Assembly (NCBI GenBank): GCA_965243205.1
Contig: CBDEUK010000002.1
Coordinates: 864,001 to 928,000, forward strand
Direction: 5' to 3'
Length of the DNA: 64,000 bases
Source of the DNA: Gammaproteobacteria bacterium
GTDB lineage: Bacteria > Pseudomonadota > Gammaproteobacteria > Eutrophobiales > Eutrophobiaceae
Part shown: positions 52,622-61,702 of the stretch, one piece after another
How positions within the stretch are numbered: the stretch's first letter is position 1
How the letters are laid out: every line of letters starts with the position of its first letter
Made by a program: the position numbers and the translations under genes
Notes under the pieces: generated by a model
Told to the model about the DNA's origin: nothing
What the model saw: only the letters and a program-made list of their open reading frames with translations
The model's database searches: none

Positions 52622-53596
52622 TTATTCTTTCGAGCGTTTCTGTTGATACATATCTGTATCAGCTCGGCTAATTAATTCTTCCAAATCATATTCTGTATTT
52701 GGTTCTACATAGGCCTGGCCTATGCTCATCGTAAAACATGTTTCATTAGACTTACCAATACAAATAGATCCACTAAGCCGTTCAATAATAGTAGATACTT
52801 CATCTTGATCATTCGTTAAACAAAATATCGCAAATTCATCGCCGCCAATCCTTGCAGCTAAATCATATTCCCTGATAGTGTCTTTAATAAACATTGCAGC
52901 TTTAACTAACGCCATATCACCTATTTTATGGCCAAGGGAATCATTGATATTTTTCAATTTATCAACATCGCAAAATAGAATAATAATGCTTTGCTCTATT
53001 CGCTTTGCCAAAGCAATTTTCTTTTTTGCTAAGCTAAGGAAGCCTCTACGATTGTATAAGCCTGTAAGCTCATCCGTTATAGATAGCTTTTCAAGTTTGG
53101 TGTGCTGTACGAATAATTCAAGATCACGTTCAACCATCGCTGCGAACTCACCAACGAGATCAATATATTTTTGTTCATACTTAGTAACAGCAAAATCTAA
53201 AATGCAACAAGTACCAAACCTATCGCCATCAGGCCATCTAACAGGATAACCTAAATAAGTATTGAATTTGCCTTCCTTTGTTAAAGGATTATCTTTCCAT
53301 TCTGGACTAGCTTCAGCATGGCATTCATAAAGAAATGTTTGGCTATTAATAACTTTTGTGCAAAAAATATTAACTTCAGGTGGAAGGGTCAGTCCTGATT
53401 TATAAGGATTGGCTTCAGATTGGCTAGCAATAACAATTTGATAACCCTTATTGGTATATTGAAGGATAAAAGCCGCAGGCGCTTCGCAAACATCACCCAT
53501 TAGATTAATGGTGTGTTGCCACCTATCCAAATCAATAAATGTATTATTTGAGGTAAGAATCCATTCTTCTTTATCAACAATTTCTTGATGATTCAT
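52622..53596 (-). CDS. GAF-sensor diguanylate cyclase
   Basis: GAF (YLGYPVRWPDG..FGT.CILD), TDELTGLYNRRG, I-site REYD, GGDEF. Confidence 0.93.
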   Translation of the reverse strand: MNHQEIVDKEEWILTSNNTFIDLDRWQHTINLMGDVCEAPAAFILQYTNKGYQIVIASQSEANPYKSGLTLPPEVNIFCTKVINSQTFLYECHAEASPEWKDNPLTKEGKFNTYLGYPVRWPDGDRFGTCCILDFAVTKYEQKYIDLVGEFAAMVERDLELFVQHTKLEKLSITDELTGLYNRRGFLSLAKKKIALAKRIEQSIIILFCDVDKLKNINDSLGHKIGDMALVKAAMFIKDTIREYDLAARIGGDEFAIFCLTNDQDEVSTIIERLSGSICIGKSNETCFTMSIGQAYVEPNTEYDLEELISRADTDMYQQKRSKE

Positions 53597-53936
53597 AAAG
53601 AAAAATATTCCTACTTTAGAGTTTTTATTGAAACTAGGCCTTGAATATCAAGGTTTTAGCTATTCAAACTACTATTCAGAATTACTACGTTGTCAATTAT
53701 ACATCACATAATTTGACTAAACATGATTTTTATTGGGTTACATATTAGTAACCATATACACCGCCTAAAATATTGCATAATGAAACACTAGAAATGTATT
53801 TTAGGAAAAGGTTAGGGATTTGTAACTAAAGATTATTAATTATATTGCTAACTGTAATAATAAAATAATACAAAAGTACTATAAATAAAGGCTTCCATTA
53901 GCCTCTAAAAGAACCATCACGAATATTTATCGATTT

Positions 53937-54464
53937 CTAATCATCTAAAACACCAAATATTTGGTGGTAGATTGCAGCAGAAATATGAATGGCAAATAAT
54001 GGGTATATCATGAATGAAATAAAAGCATGAAGATTCACAGCAATATTTTCAATAAAAACATTTTTTAATATCAACGACTCAAACTTGACCAGGTTAAAAA
54101 TATTAAAAGATTCCCCATTAAAAAATATTGTAATAATACCTGCTAAACATTGAATAATAAGAATTAGATAAATACAACGATGCAACGATTTCGCGAGTAT
54201 TTTTTGCCAAGACTGAATTTCATAAGAATCTATCGGATTTAAGTTATTAACTCGCCATGTAAAGCGAGTAAGCATAAGCAACAAAAAGAGCAGGCCAATT
54301 GATGAATGAGTATTAATTAAATCCTTTTTTTCTTGACCACCTAACATATCTTCAAATTGACCGGCTATTAAAATAAGGGTTACTAGTAAAATAACACTCG
54401 TCCAATGTAATAACCTACCAATAAGTCCATATTGCGTTTGTGAATTTTTAAACTGTAACCCCAT
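53937..54464 (-). CDS. Cytochrome b561 family protein
   Basis: RLLHW, THSSIG, LHA, IHISAAIYHQ. Confidence 0.88.
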   Translation of the reverse strand: MGLQFKNSQTQYGLIGRLLHWTSVILLVTLILIAGQFEDMLGGQEKKDLINTHSSIGLLFLLLMLTRFTWRVNNLNPIDSYEIQSWQKILAKSLHRCIYLILIIQCLAGIITIFFNGESFNIFNLVKFESLILKNVFIENIAVNLHAFISFMIYPLFAIHISAAIYHQIFGVLDD

Positions 54465-54485
54465 ATTTAGTAATCGTTTTATTTA

Positions 54486-54899
54486 TTAATTTTTAAGTGA
54501 ATACCTAAAAACTTTAATGGCAGCCATCCCATAACCAAATGTTGTTAGTGTAATACTGGTTAATACTATCGGCATCATTATTGGAATTTGAGCATTATCG
54601 GTTAATGAACCTATTAAAAATAATGTAGGATTTCCAATTGACCCGATAGCCATCGGCCAAAGAACATATTTCGGTAAGGTTATTTTTGAAGCATAAAAGC
54701 CAAGTAATAACATCGTCATCATCAGAAAATCTAAATGAGAAGATAATAAAGCATCAGTGTCTTTAAATATCTCCAAGAAAAATGGAATCTTCATTGGAAT
54801 AGTAAAAGTAAGACACCAAGCTAATACTAAAGCAATAAGCATAGTAATACTTGCGGTTCTAAGTAAAATTACATTCCCAGCATGTTTATCATCGGACAT
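54486..54899 (-). CDS. Hypothetical 4-TM membrane protein
   Basis: Four hydrophobic segments; SSHLDFLMM and GSIGNP; SD GGAG upstream. Confidence 0.65.
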   Translation of the reverse strand: MSDDKHAGNVILLRTASITMLIALVLAWCLTFTIPMKIPFFLEIFKDTDALLSSHLDFLMMTMLLLGFYASKITLPKYVLWPMAIGSIGNPTLFLIGSLTDNAQIPIMMPIVLTSITLTTFGYGMAAIKVFRYSLKN

Positions 54900-54954
54900 C
54901 TTTGTTCTCCTCTGCTATTTTTATAAAACTAAATTCAATCTTGGTTTTGTTACT

Positions 54955-55398
54955 TTAAAAAAGTTGTCGCAACTGGTGTTGGTTTACGCCTGAACTAAGC
55001 ATCTCTTTCATTCTAAACTCTGCTTTGCTATGCCCTTGTCTGGCAGCTTGCACAAATAACTCAAACGCTTTCTCTACATCTTTTTCAACACCGATGCCTT
55101 CAGAGTACATAAGAGCAAGGTTGTATTTGCCAGGGGCATAATCTTTTTCAACAGCGGCTTCATAAAAACGAATAGCCTTAGCAATATCTTTATCAACACC
55201 CAAGCCAATCTGATACATCACACCTAAATGAGTGAGCGCACTAGGATTACCTTGCTCGGCTAATAGCTCGAATTGCACTTTGGCATTCTCAAAATCACCC
55301 TTTTGGTAAGCCTCATAAGGGTCTTTTTCCTGTGAGCAGGCCGTACAAAGCCCAAACATAGCTATATAAGCTATTGTTTTTAAATAAATTGATTCCAC
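54955..55398 (-). CDS. Sel1-like repeat lipoprotein
   Basis: Lipobox CTAC; LGVMYQIGLGV, YNLALMYSEGIGV, AARQGH. Confidence 0.85.
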   Translation of the reverse strand: MESIYLKTIAYIAMFGLCTACSQEKDPYEAYQKGDFENAKVQFELLAEQGNPSALTHLGVMYQIGLGVDKDIAKAIRFYEAAVEKDYAPGKYNLALMYSEGIGVEKDVEKAFELFVQAARQGHSKAEFRMKEMLSSGVNQHQLRQLF

Positions 55399-55459
55399 TT
55401 GTTTACTGCTGATAAAATTAGTCTTAACTTTATTTACTCATTGGGTTTCAATTCTATCC

Positions 55460-56260
55460 ATGTTGATCAATCAAGAATTGTATAAAGTGGCTACACCAAG
55501 CACGAAGTATCCTTTCCGGGTGAATCTGTTTATGTGGCCGAATCGAACCTTATTCTTTGGGCCACTTAATCATCTCGGTTTACATTGTTTGGGATCAATT
55601 AATATTAAGATTGGGCTATATCAACCCTTCTTGATGCGAACCAGAAATGGTTCGTTCAAATCCTACCGATGCGTCATCATTCCAGCAGGTTATGAACATG
55701 AAGTGTTTGCATTTGGTAGTCCCATCGCTAGTCTAACGGTTGAAAGAAACTCATCTTACTTTACAAAAATCAGCTACCAAGCATCCTCTCAATCATGTTA
55801 TTTAAAAAACATTGAAGACCAACAATGGGTTGATACTTTTCAACGAATCTATGAAGAAAAAATATCAAAAGAAGAAATAAATCGATTAATTACGCAGTTA
55901 TTGAATTTTAATAATAAATCAAATGACCATATCGATCCGCGCATTAGTAATATTATCAATACAATACGTGAAGATAGTGAATACGATTATAGCCAGGAAC
56001 AACTTGCCGCATCAGAAGGACTCTCTTCTTCACGCTTTCGACATATATTTCGAGAACAATTCAATGTTCCATTTCGTCATTATAAAGTATGGCGCAAAGT
56101 GATTACGGCATTGAATAGTCTTTATAGCGTCGATAACTTAACCCATGCTGCAATGGAAGCTGGCTTTACCGACTCAGCACACTTGAACCGTTGCTTTAGA
56201 AATATCCTGGGTAAAAATCCATCACATATCTTCAGGAACATGGATCGCTTTGAAATTTGA
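55460..56260 (+). CDS. AraC-family transcriptional regulator
   Basis: LSSSRFRHIF, LTHAAMEAGFTDSAHLNR. Confidence 0.88.
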   Translation: MLINQELYKVATPSTKYPFRVNLFMWPNRTLFFGPLNHLGLHCLGSINIKIGLYQPFLMRTRNGSFKSYRCVIIPAGYEHEVFAFGSPIASLTVERNSSYFTKISYQASSQSCYLKNIEDQQWVDTFQRIYEEKISKEEINRLITQLLNFNNKSNDHIDPRISNIINTIREDSEYDYSQEQLAASEGLSSSRFRHIFREQFNVPFRHYKVWRKVITALNSLYSVDNLTHAAMEAGFTDSAHLNRCFRNILGKNPSHIFRNMDRFEI

Positions 56261-56308
56261 AGAGTTTAAAACTTTATTAAGCTAGTGGATATAATTAATA
56301 CCCTAACC

Positions 56309-57127
56309 CTATTTCCTTGCAACTCCTATCAAAGCATCTGCTGTAAGTTCGCTTTGCATTGTTCCAATTTCCTGTTTTAAAAATGTGATTGCTTGTTGGT
56401 TTTTCTCTTCCCATTGCTCAGGTGTTAGTGTTTGTTTGTATAAAACAATTGGTAAACTACCTCTTACCATCGTATCCCAAAACTCTTCGACCGTTTTTAC
56501 TGGGAAGCTTTTAGTGACTAAAGAAACATCGATGTTATTAAACCCTGATTGAGACATTTCATCTTCAAACACTTCTTTACTATCTAATGAAACAATCGAC
56601 TTATCAGGTTCTGGCATATCAGGATTAATCTCCTTTAATGTACCAAACATAACTCGCATCGCGGGTGACTGTTCTATCGGTGCCCAACTGGCAACAACGG
56701 TGCAAGCACCAGGCTTTAATACACGATGTAATTCAGAGAATCCTCTAATGCGATCAGGGAAAAACATTAAACCAAACATAGAGAACGCAGCATCAAAACT
56801 ATTATCTTGAAACGTTAGTGTCTGACCATCTCCAACATGAGTAGTGATATTACGTATCTTTTGATTTTGAATTTCTTTATTTAAATGACTAATCATGTTT
56901 TCGGAAAAATCAATAGCTGTTACATGAGTAACTTGATCCGATACCATCAATGAAAGTGTTCCAGGGCCACATGCAACATCGATAATCGAATCATCTTCTT
57001 TTAGTGAGGCCATGTTAATGGCCTCACGTGAATATTCACTTAAAGAAAACATCGTTGTTTCAACGTACCCATCAGCAACAAGATTCCAGGAATCAGAATG
57101 GCTAAAAGGGTTTGAGATTTGATTCAT
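56309..57127 (-). CDS. Class I SAM-dependent methyltransferase
   Basis: IDVACGPG, IDFSENM, SFDAAFSMFGLMFF, RVLKPG. Confidence 0.9.
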   Translation of the reverse strand: MNQISNPFSHSDSWNLVADGYVETTMFSLSEYSREAINMASLKEDDSIIDVACGPGTLSLMVSDQVTHVTAIDFSENMISHLNKEIQNQKIRNITTHVGDGQTLTFQDNSFDAAFSMFGLMFFPDRIRGFSELHRVLKPGACTVVASWAPIEQSPAMRVMFGTLKEINPDMPEPDKSIVSLDSKEVFEDEMSQSGFNNIDVSLVTKSFPVKTVEEFWDTMVRGSLPIVLYKQTLTPEQWEEKNQQAITFLKQEIGTMQSELTADALIGVARK

Positions 57128-57193
57128 ACTTATTCCTTATTTATTTTTTATATGTCGAAGATATTAAAAAATATAATACTCCGACACTTTATT

Positions 57194-58621
57194 TCACACC
57201 TGTACTTCTTTCCAACGACCTTTTCGAAATACAACGTAAGCAATGATTGCGACTAATGATTCCGCAACAGTAATTGAAATAAACACACCTTGTGGACCAA
57301 TATCAAATATAACTGCCAACGAATAAGCCAATGGAATTTGTAACACCCAAAAACAAAAAAAGTTGATGATCGTTGGCGTCATCGTATCACCCGCACCATT
57401 GAATGCTTGAGTCAGAATCATAGACATAGCAAAAAAACCATAACCGTAACTAATATAACGTAGGCAATCACTGCCATACTGAATAACAGTTGGATCATTA
57501 GAAAACAGACTAATGATCGATTCTGCAAACAGAATAAATGGAATCGCAACTCCTACTAGAAAACAAGTACTGTATTTCGTTGTCTTCCAAACCGATTGTT
57601 CAGCTCGCTCTGGTTTGCCTGCACCAAGGTTTTGGCCAACTAACGTACTGGCTGCATTACTCATACCCCATGCAGGTAGAAAGGTTAGATCAATCACTCG
57701 AATTGCAATGGTATAACCTGCAATCGCTGCACTACCAAACGGCGCAACAATCTTCATTAAAACAACCCAACTGGCCGTAGCAATGAGAAACTGACCTACA
57801 CCACCTATGGAGAGTTTCAATAATTTAAACATTGTTTTAGTTTCAATACGTAAATGTCGCAGTTGTACTTTGACGCGTGTAGTACCATCGAACAAATGAT
57901 AAAGCTGATATAAAACACCAATGCCTCGTCCGATATTAGTTGCTACCGCTGCACCTGTCACACCCATCTCAGGAAAGAAACCAATGCCATAGATCAAACA
58001 TGGATCGAGAATGATATTGATCCCGTTCGCCAACCATAAAGACTTCATAGCAACTGCTGCATTACCAGCACCACGAAATATCGCATTTAATAGAAACAAA
58101 TAAACAATGGTGATCGAACTACCTAACATTATTGTTGTATAACCACTGCCCTGTTCAATCACTGCATCACTTGCTCCCATGAAACGCAAGATATCTTGTC
58201 CTAAGCTAATACCGATTACACCCACTACAATGGCAACGAATAAACCGATCCAGATCGTTTGTCCTGCAGCAACAGCAGCACCTTCTGGATTCTGTTCACC
58301 AATACGACGAGATACCATTGCTGTAACAGACATGCTTAAGCCAATTGCAACAGCATAAAGTAAAGTAATAACCGCTTCGGTTAAGCCGACTGTTGCAACT
58401 GCATCAGCTCCCAGACCTGAAACAAAATAAATATCGGTAATGGCAAAAATAGATTCCATCGCCATTTCCAACATCATAGGAATTGCTAATAAAAGAACGG
58501 CCCTACGAATCGAACCGTCGGTATAATCATGTTCCTTTCCAGCCAATGCTTCAGCAATCAATTGCATGCTGCGTTGGAATGACAAACGAAACTGATTAAT
58601 TTTTTCTTCAATATTTTTCAT
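57194..58621 (-). CDS. MATE-family efflux transporter
   Basis: LLLAIPMMLEM, FRGAGN, NIILDP, VGQNLGAGK; about 12 TM segments. Confidence 0.93.
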   Translation of the reverse strand: MKNIEEKINQFRLSFQRSMQLIAEALAGKEHDYTDGSIRRAVLLLAIPMMLEMAMESIFAITDIYFVSGLGADAVATVGLTEAVITLLYAVAIGLSMSVTAMVSRRIGEQNPEGAAVAAGQTIWIGLFVAIVVGVIGISLGQDILRFMGASDAVIEQGSGYTTIMLGSSITIVYLFLLNAIFRGAGNAAVAMKSLWLANGINIILDPCLIYGIGFFPEMGVTGAAVATNIGRGIGVLYQLYHLFDGTTRVKVQLRHLRIETKTMFKLLKLSIGGVGQFLIATASWVVLMKIVAPFGSAAIAGYTIAIRVIDLTFLPAWGMSNAASTLVGQNLGAGKPERAEQSVWKTTKYSTCFLVGVAIPFILFAESIISLFSNDPTVIQYGSDCLRYISYGYGFFAMSMILTQAFNGAGDTMTPTIINFFCFWVLQIPLAYSLAVIFDIGPQGVFISITVAESLVAIIAYVVFRKGRWKEVQV

Positions 58622-58725
58622 TACAAATACCCTGAAATCATAACGACATACGTCGTTTTAAAATAACTGTGTGAGGTTGGCGTATTGCGCCTTGAAGTGG
58701 TCGGCTTATAAAGCCTGATCCAGAA

Positions 58726-58830
58726 TCAAACGGTTGTTCGGATTCTTACCAGATCGACCAGGGAATTGAGCACGATCACAAACGAACGAAAGGAAACGCC
58801 GTTGATTAAATTGAATGTCATATGATTCAT
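58726..58830 (-). CDS. Putative leader peptide upstream of MATE (MNHMTFNLINGVSFRSFVIVLNSLVDLVRIRTTV)
   Basis: 34-codon ORF found by hand between a sigma70-like promoter and the MATE start; overlaps a hairpin; weak SD. Confidence 0.45.
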   Translation of the reverse strand: MNHMTFNLINGVSFRSFVIVLNSLVDLVRIRTTV

Positions 58831-58864
58831 TGATCGTTAACTCAAAAGAATGAAAGTTACGAGA

Positions 58865-58892
58865 AGAATACGCCTTTCATACACTCTGTCAA
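58865..58892 (-). promoter_or_regulatory. Sigma70-like promoter for the leader-MATE unit
   Basis: TTGACA (58887-58892), 16-nt spacer, TATTCT (58865-58870). Confidence 0.5.
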
Positions 58893-58906
58893 GAAATGTA
58901 TAAATT

Positions 58907-58941
58907 AAAAAAGCAAAGGGGGATGAGCAGCCCCCATTGCT
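58907..58941 (-). terminator. Intrinsic terminator after the molybdo-enzyme gene
   Basis: Minus strand AGCAATGGGGG-CTGCTCAT-CCCCCTTTGC-TTTTTT. Confidence 0.75.
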
Positions 58942-58962
58942 AAGCGAGGCTAGGGTTTGAGC

Positions 58963-61086
58963 CTAGGAGAGTTCTACTTGAACAAGATTATCGGAAAATG
59001 ATGGAGCGTGTCCCATATCAGTAAATTCAGCTGAGCTTATTGCATTCACCGTTCCATTATTTAACTGGCGCCAGTAACCTAACGTTGCAACTACTACACC
59101 TGGATTTACATCTGAAGTTATTTTTGCAACGCCTTCAAAATCACCACGCTCGTTGAATACGCGGACATTATCGCCCTGATTTATATTACGTGCTGAAGCA
59201 TCAACAGCATTTATCAATACAAACTGTTCACCTTGTCCTTTGATCTTATGTTCCATATTGGCATAACAAGAATTTAAAAAGCCATGGCTTTTAGGTGAAA
59301 CGATGTTAAGAGGAAATTTTTTCGCTTGCTCTGGGTTCGTTTCAGGACGTTCCCTTGGACCAACATAATCAGGAAGACTATCCAATGGTTCACCTGGTTG
59401 AAACGCTTCATACATTTGACGAAACGGCCCTGCGACAAAATTAGTAGCACCTTCAATTTCAAACTCACATTTACCTGATGGTGTTGGAAAATTACCTTCT
59501 TTGTGTGGACAACGATCGTCTTTTGTTCCAACATTTAAACGAGCAAAACCATTGTTTCGTAAATACTCTAAATCAATACCATCACATGCTGGTGAATCCC
59601 AATCGACAAAGTTTTCTAAACACTCAGAGTCAGACCACTTAAGACGATCTTCTTCATACCCCATTCTTTCTGCTAAGCGACGAAAAATTTCATTGTTTGG
59701 AATGGCTTCGCCTGGGGACTCAACACTCTTTGCGTTATACGTTAAATACAAATGTCCCCACGATAAAATAATATCTTCTAATTCAGCACCCATTGATGCA
59801 GGTAAAACAATGTCTGCATACGAAGCGGTATCCGATATAAAATGTTCTGCAGAAACTAAAAATAGATCTTCACGCATTAAACCTTTAACAATCTTATCTG
59901 CCTCAGGTGCTTGAGTCACTGGATTCGAGTTCCAACACATCATTGATTTAATCGGTGTATCTAATTCCATTTCACCTGTTAATGCCCTTCCAATTTGTAA
60001 GTTACTAACAACACGAGTTCCTTCAGGGATTAAATCAGGTCGACAAATAACATCAAACTTATAAGGATGTTCCCATACTGGGAATTGCGTTATGCCTCCA
60101 CCCACATGACGCCATGCACCTGTGAGAGCAGGGATACTAGTAACCGCGCGAATCGTTTGACCACCACCGTAATGACGTTCTAATGCAACGCCAATTCTAA
60201 TTGCAGCGGGTTGTTCAGTTGCCAGTTCTTTGGCAAATTTACGAATGTCTGCTGCAGGGATACCTGTAATTTCTTCTGCCCACTCTGGTGTACGATCACT
60301 TGCACGTTCTTTTAATGCTTCATAACCCTTGGTGTGATTCTGTACATAATCATGATCAACTAAGTCTTGTTCAATAAGACTATTGATAACCGCCATTGCT
60401 AATGCACCATCGGTACCTGGCTTAGGTGCAATGTGCCAATCAGCTTGCTTAGCGGTACGAGAAGCATAAGAATCGATAACAACAATCTTTGCGCCTTTTT
60501 TCTTAGCGTCTTGAACGATGTGCCAATGGTGTAAATTAGTACTGACACTATTGCATGCCCAAATCACAATGTATTTAGAATGCACATAACTTTCTGGATC
60601 AACACCCGCTGTAGGACCAACAGTTAATAACCAAGCGGTACACGATCCTTCACCACAAAAAGTGCGTTCACAAACGGTTGCTCCCATACGATTAAAAAAA
60701 GCATCGCCGCCATTTAAACCATGGACTAAACCTTGATGGCCTAAATAACTATAAGGAATGATTGCTTCTGGTCCGTATTCACTAATAATTGCTTTCCACT
60801 TATCAGTGATTTCATCTAAGGCTTCGTCCCAAGTAATGCGCTCGAATTGTTTACTGCCTTTAGGGCCAGTACGACGCATAGGGTACAGTAATCGATCAGG
60901 ATGATAGTGACGCTTCTCATAGTCTTTAAGTTTGACGCAAAGACCACCACGCGTCATAGGATGATCTTCATTACCACGTACACCGAGTACTTTGCCATCT
61001 TCAATGTCAAACACCATAGCGCAAGTATCTGGACAATCATGAGGACAGGCACCAAATGCTGTTTCTATTTTTGGATTAGACGCCAT
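58963..61086 (-). CDS. Cytoplasmic molybdopterin (DMSOR superfamily) oxidoreductase with N-terminal [4Fe-4S], substrate unknown
   Basis: CPHDCPDTC...GGLC, DRLLYPMRR, FERITWDEAL, PGTDGALA, YADIVLPA, HGFLNS; no Tat signal. Confidence 0.9.
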   Translation of the reverse strand: MASNPKIETAFGACPHDCPDTCAMVFDIEDGKVLGVRGNEDHPMTRGGLCVKLKDYEKRHYHPDRLLYPMRRTGPKGSKQFERITWDEALDEITDKWKAIISEYGPEAIIPYSYLGHQGLVHGLNGGDAFFNRMGATVCERTFCGEGSCTAWLLTVGPTAGVDPESYVHSKYIVIWACNSVSTNLHHWHIVQDAKKKGAKIVVIDSYASRTAKQADWHIAPKPGTDGALAMAVINSLIEQDLVDHDYVQNHTKGYEALKERASDRTPEWAEEITGIPAADIRKFAKELATEQPAAIRIGVALERHYGGGQTIRAVTSIPALTGAWRHVGGGITQFPVWEHPYKFDVICRPDLIPEGTRVVSNLQIGRALTGEMELDTPIKSMMCWNSNPVTQAPEADKIVKGLMREDLFLVSAEHFISDTASYADIVLPASMGAELEDIILSWGHLYLTYNAKSVESPGEAIPNNEIFRRLAERMGYEEDRLKWSDSECLENFVDWDSPACDGIDLEYLRNNGFARLNVGTKDDRCPHKEGNFPTPSGKCEFEIEGATNFVAGPFRQMYEAFQPGEPLDSLPDYVGPRERPETNPEQAKKFPLNIVSPKSHGFLNSCYANMEHKIKGQGEQFVLINAVDASARNINQGDNVRVFNERGDFEGVAKITSDVNPGVVVATLGYWRQLNNGTVNAISSAEFTDMGHAPSFSDNLVQVELS

Positions 61087-61144
61087 CGATTCTCTCCTGA
61101 TTAAAATTATTTTTAAAATAGTAAACTACTATTTTAAAAAACAC

Positions 61145-61180
61145 TTAGTACCAATTAATGAAAATAGATTGGTACCAGTT
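61145..61180. promoter_or_regulatory. Direct-repeat operator pair (24-bp period) upstream of the molybdo-enzyme
   Basis: TTAGTACCAATT (61145-61156) and TTGGTACCAGTT (61169-61180). Confidence 0.75.
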
Positions 61181-61205
61181 TTATCTCAGACATAGAACAT
61201 TACAT

Positions 61206-61559
61206 TTAAGAATGTGTATGAAATACTTTACTCATGATTTTCCATTTGCCATCGACTTTTAATAACACAAACAAATCGGTAAATTTATTACCCGTCCAGT
61301 TATCCAGTTCTAAGCGTGCAGTAGCAACAGTATCAACGATATCAATATTTGTAATATTTGCTTGTAACTCAGTTGCAGGCCCATTTTCATCATTCCAATC
61401 GAACAGTGCTTGTATAGGTGCTGAAAATAGATCTTCACCGATATATCCATGCACAGATGAATTTGCATGAAAGGCAGGTTTCATTTTATCTCCGCTACCA
61501 GCAATGGCACCATCGATATAATGTTGAATAGTTTGTTTTATTTCTTGAACATCAGACAT
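61206..61559 (-). CDS. NTF2/SnoaL-fold protein (lumazine-binding-2-like)
   Basis: IQHYIDG, AFH, TDLFVLLKVDGKWKIMSKVF; SD GAGGA before ATG 61559. Confidence 0.82.
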   Translation of the reverse strand: MSDVQEIKQTIQHYIDGAIAGSGDKMKPAFHANSSVHGYIGEDLFSAPIQALFDWNDENGPATELQANITNIDIVDTVATARLELDNWTGNKFTDLFVLLKVDGKWKIMSKVFHTHS

Positions 61560-61625
61560 AATTAGATTCCTCTTGATTATCAATATATTTAGTCATTAAT
61601 AGTAATGAAGATATTTATTGGTTGG

Positions 61626-61661
61626 TTAGTACCAATTATTGAGAACACATTAGTACCAATT
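61626..61661. promoter_or_regulatory. Direct-repeat operator pair (24-bp period) upstream of the NTF2-like gene
   Basis: TTAGTACCAATT at 61626-61637 and 61650-61661. Confidence 0.78.
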
Positions 61662-61702
61662 AAAAACAGATTTAATGAATTGTTTTAATTTGATTATTTA
61701 TC

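Noticed and set aside
61145-61661. TTAGTACCAATT copies as a mini-CRISPR or transposon ends
   Set aside because: Only 12 bp, in two pairs located in promoters, with no cas or transposase; operator geometry fits better.
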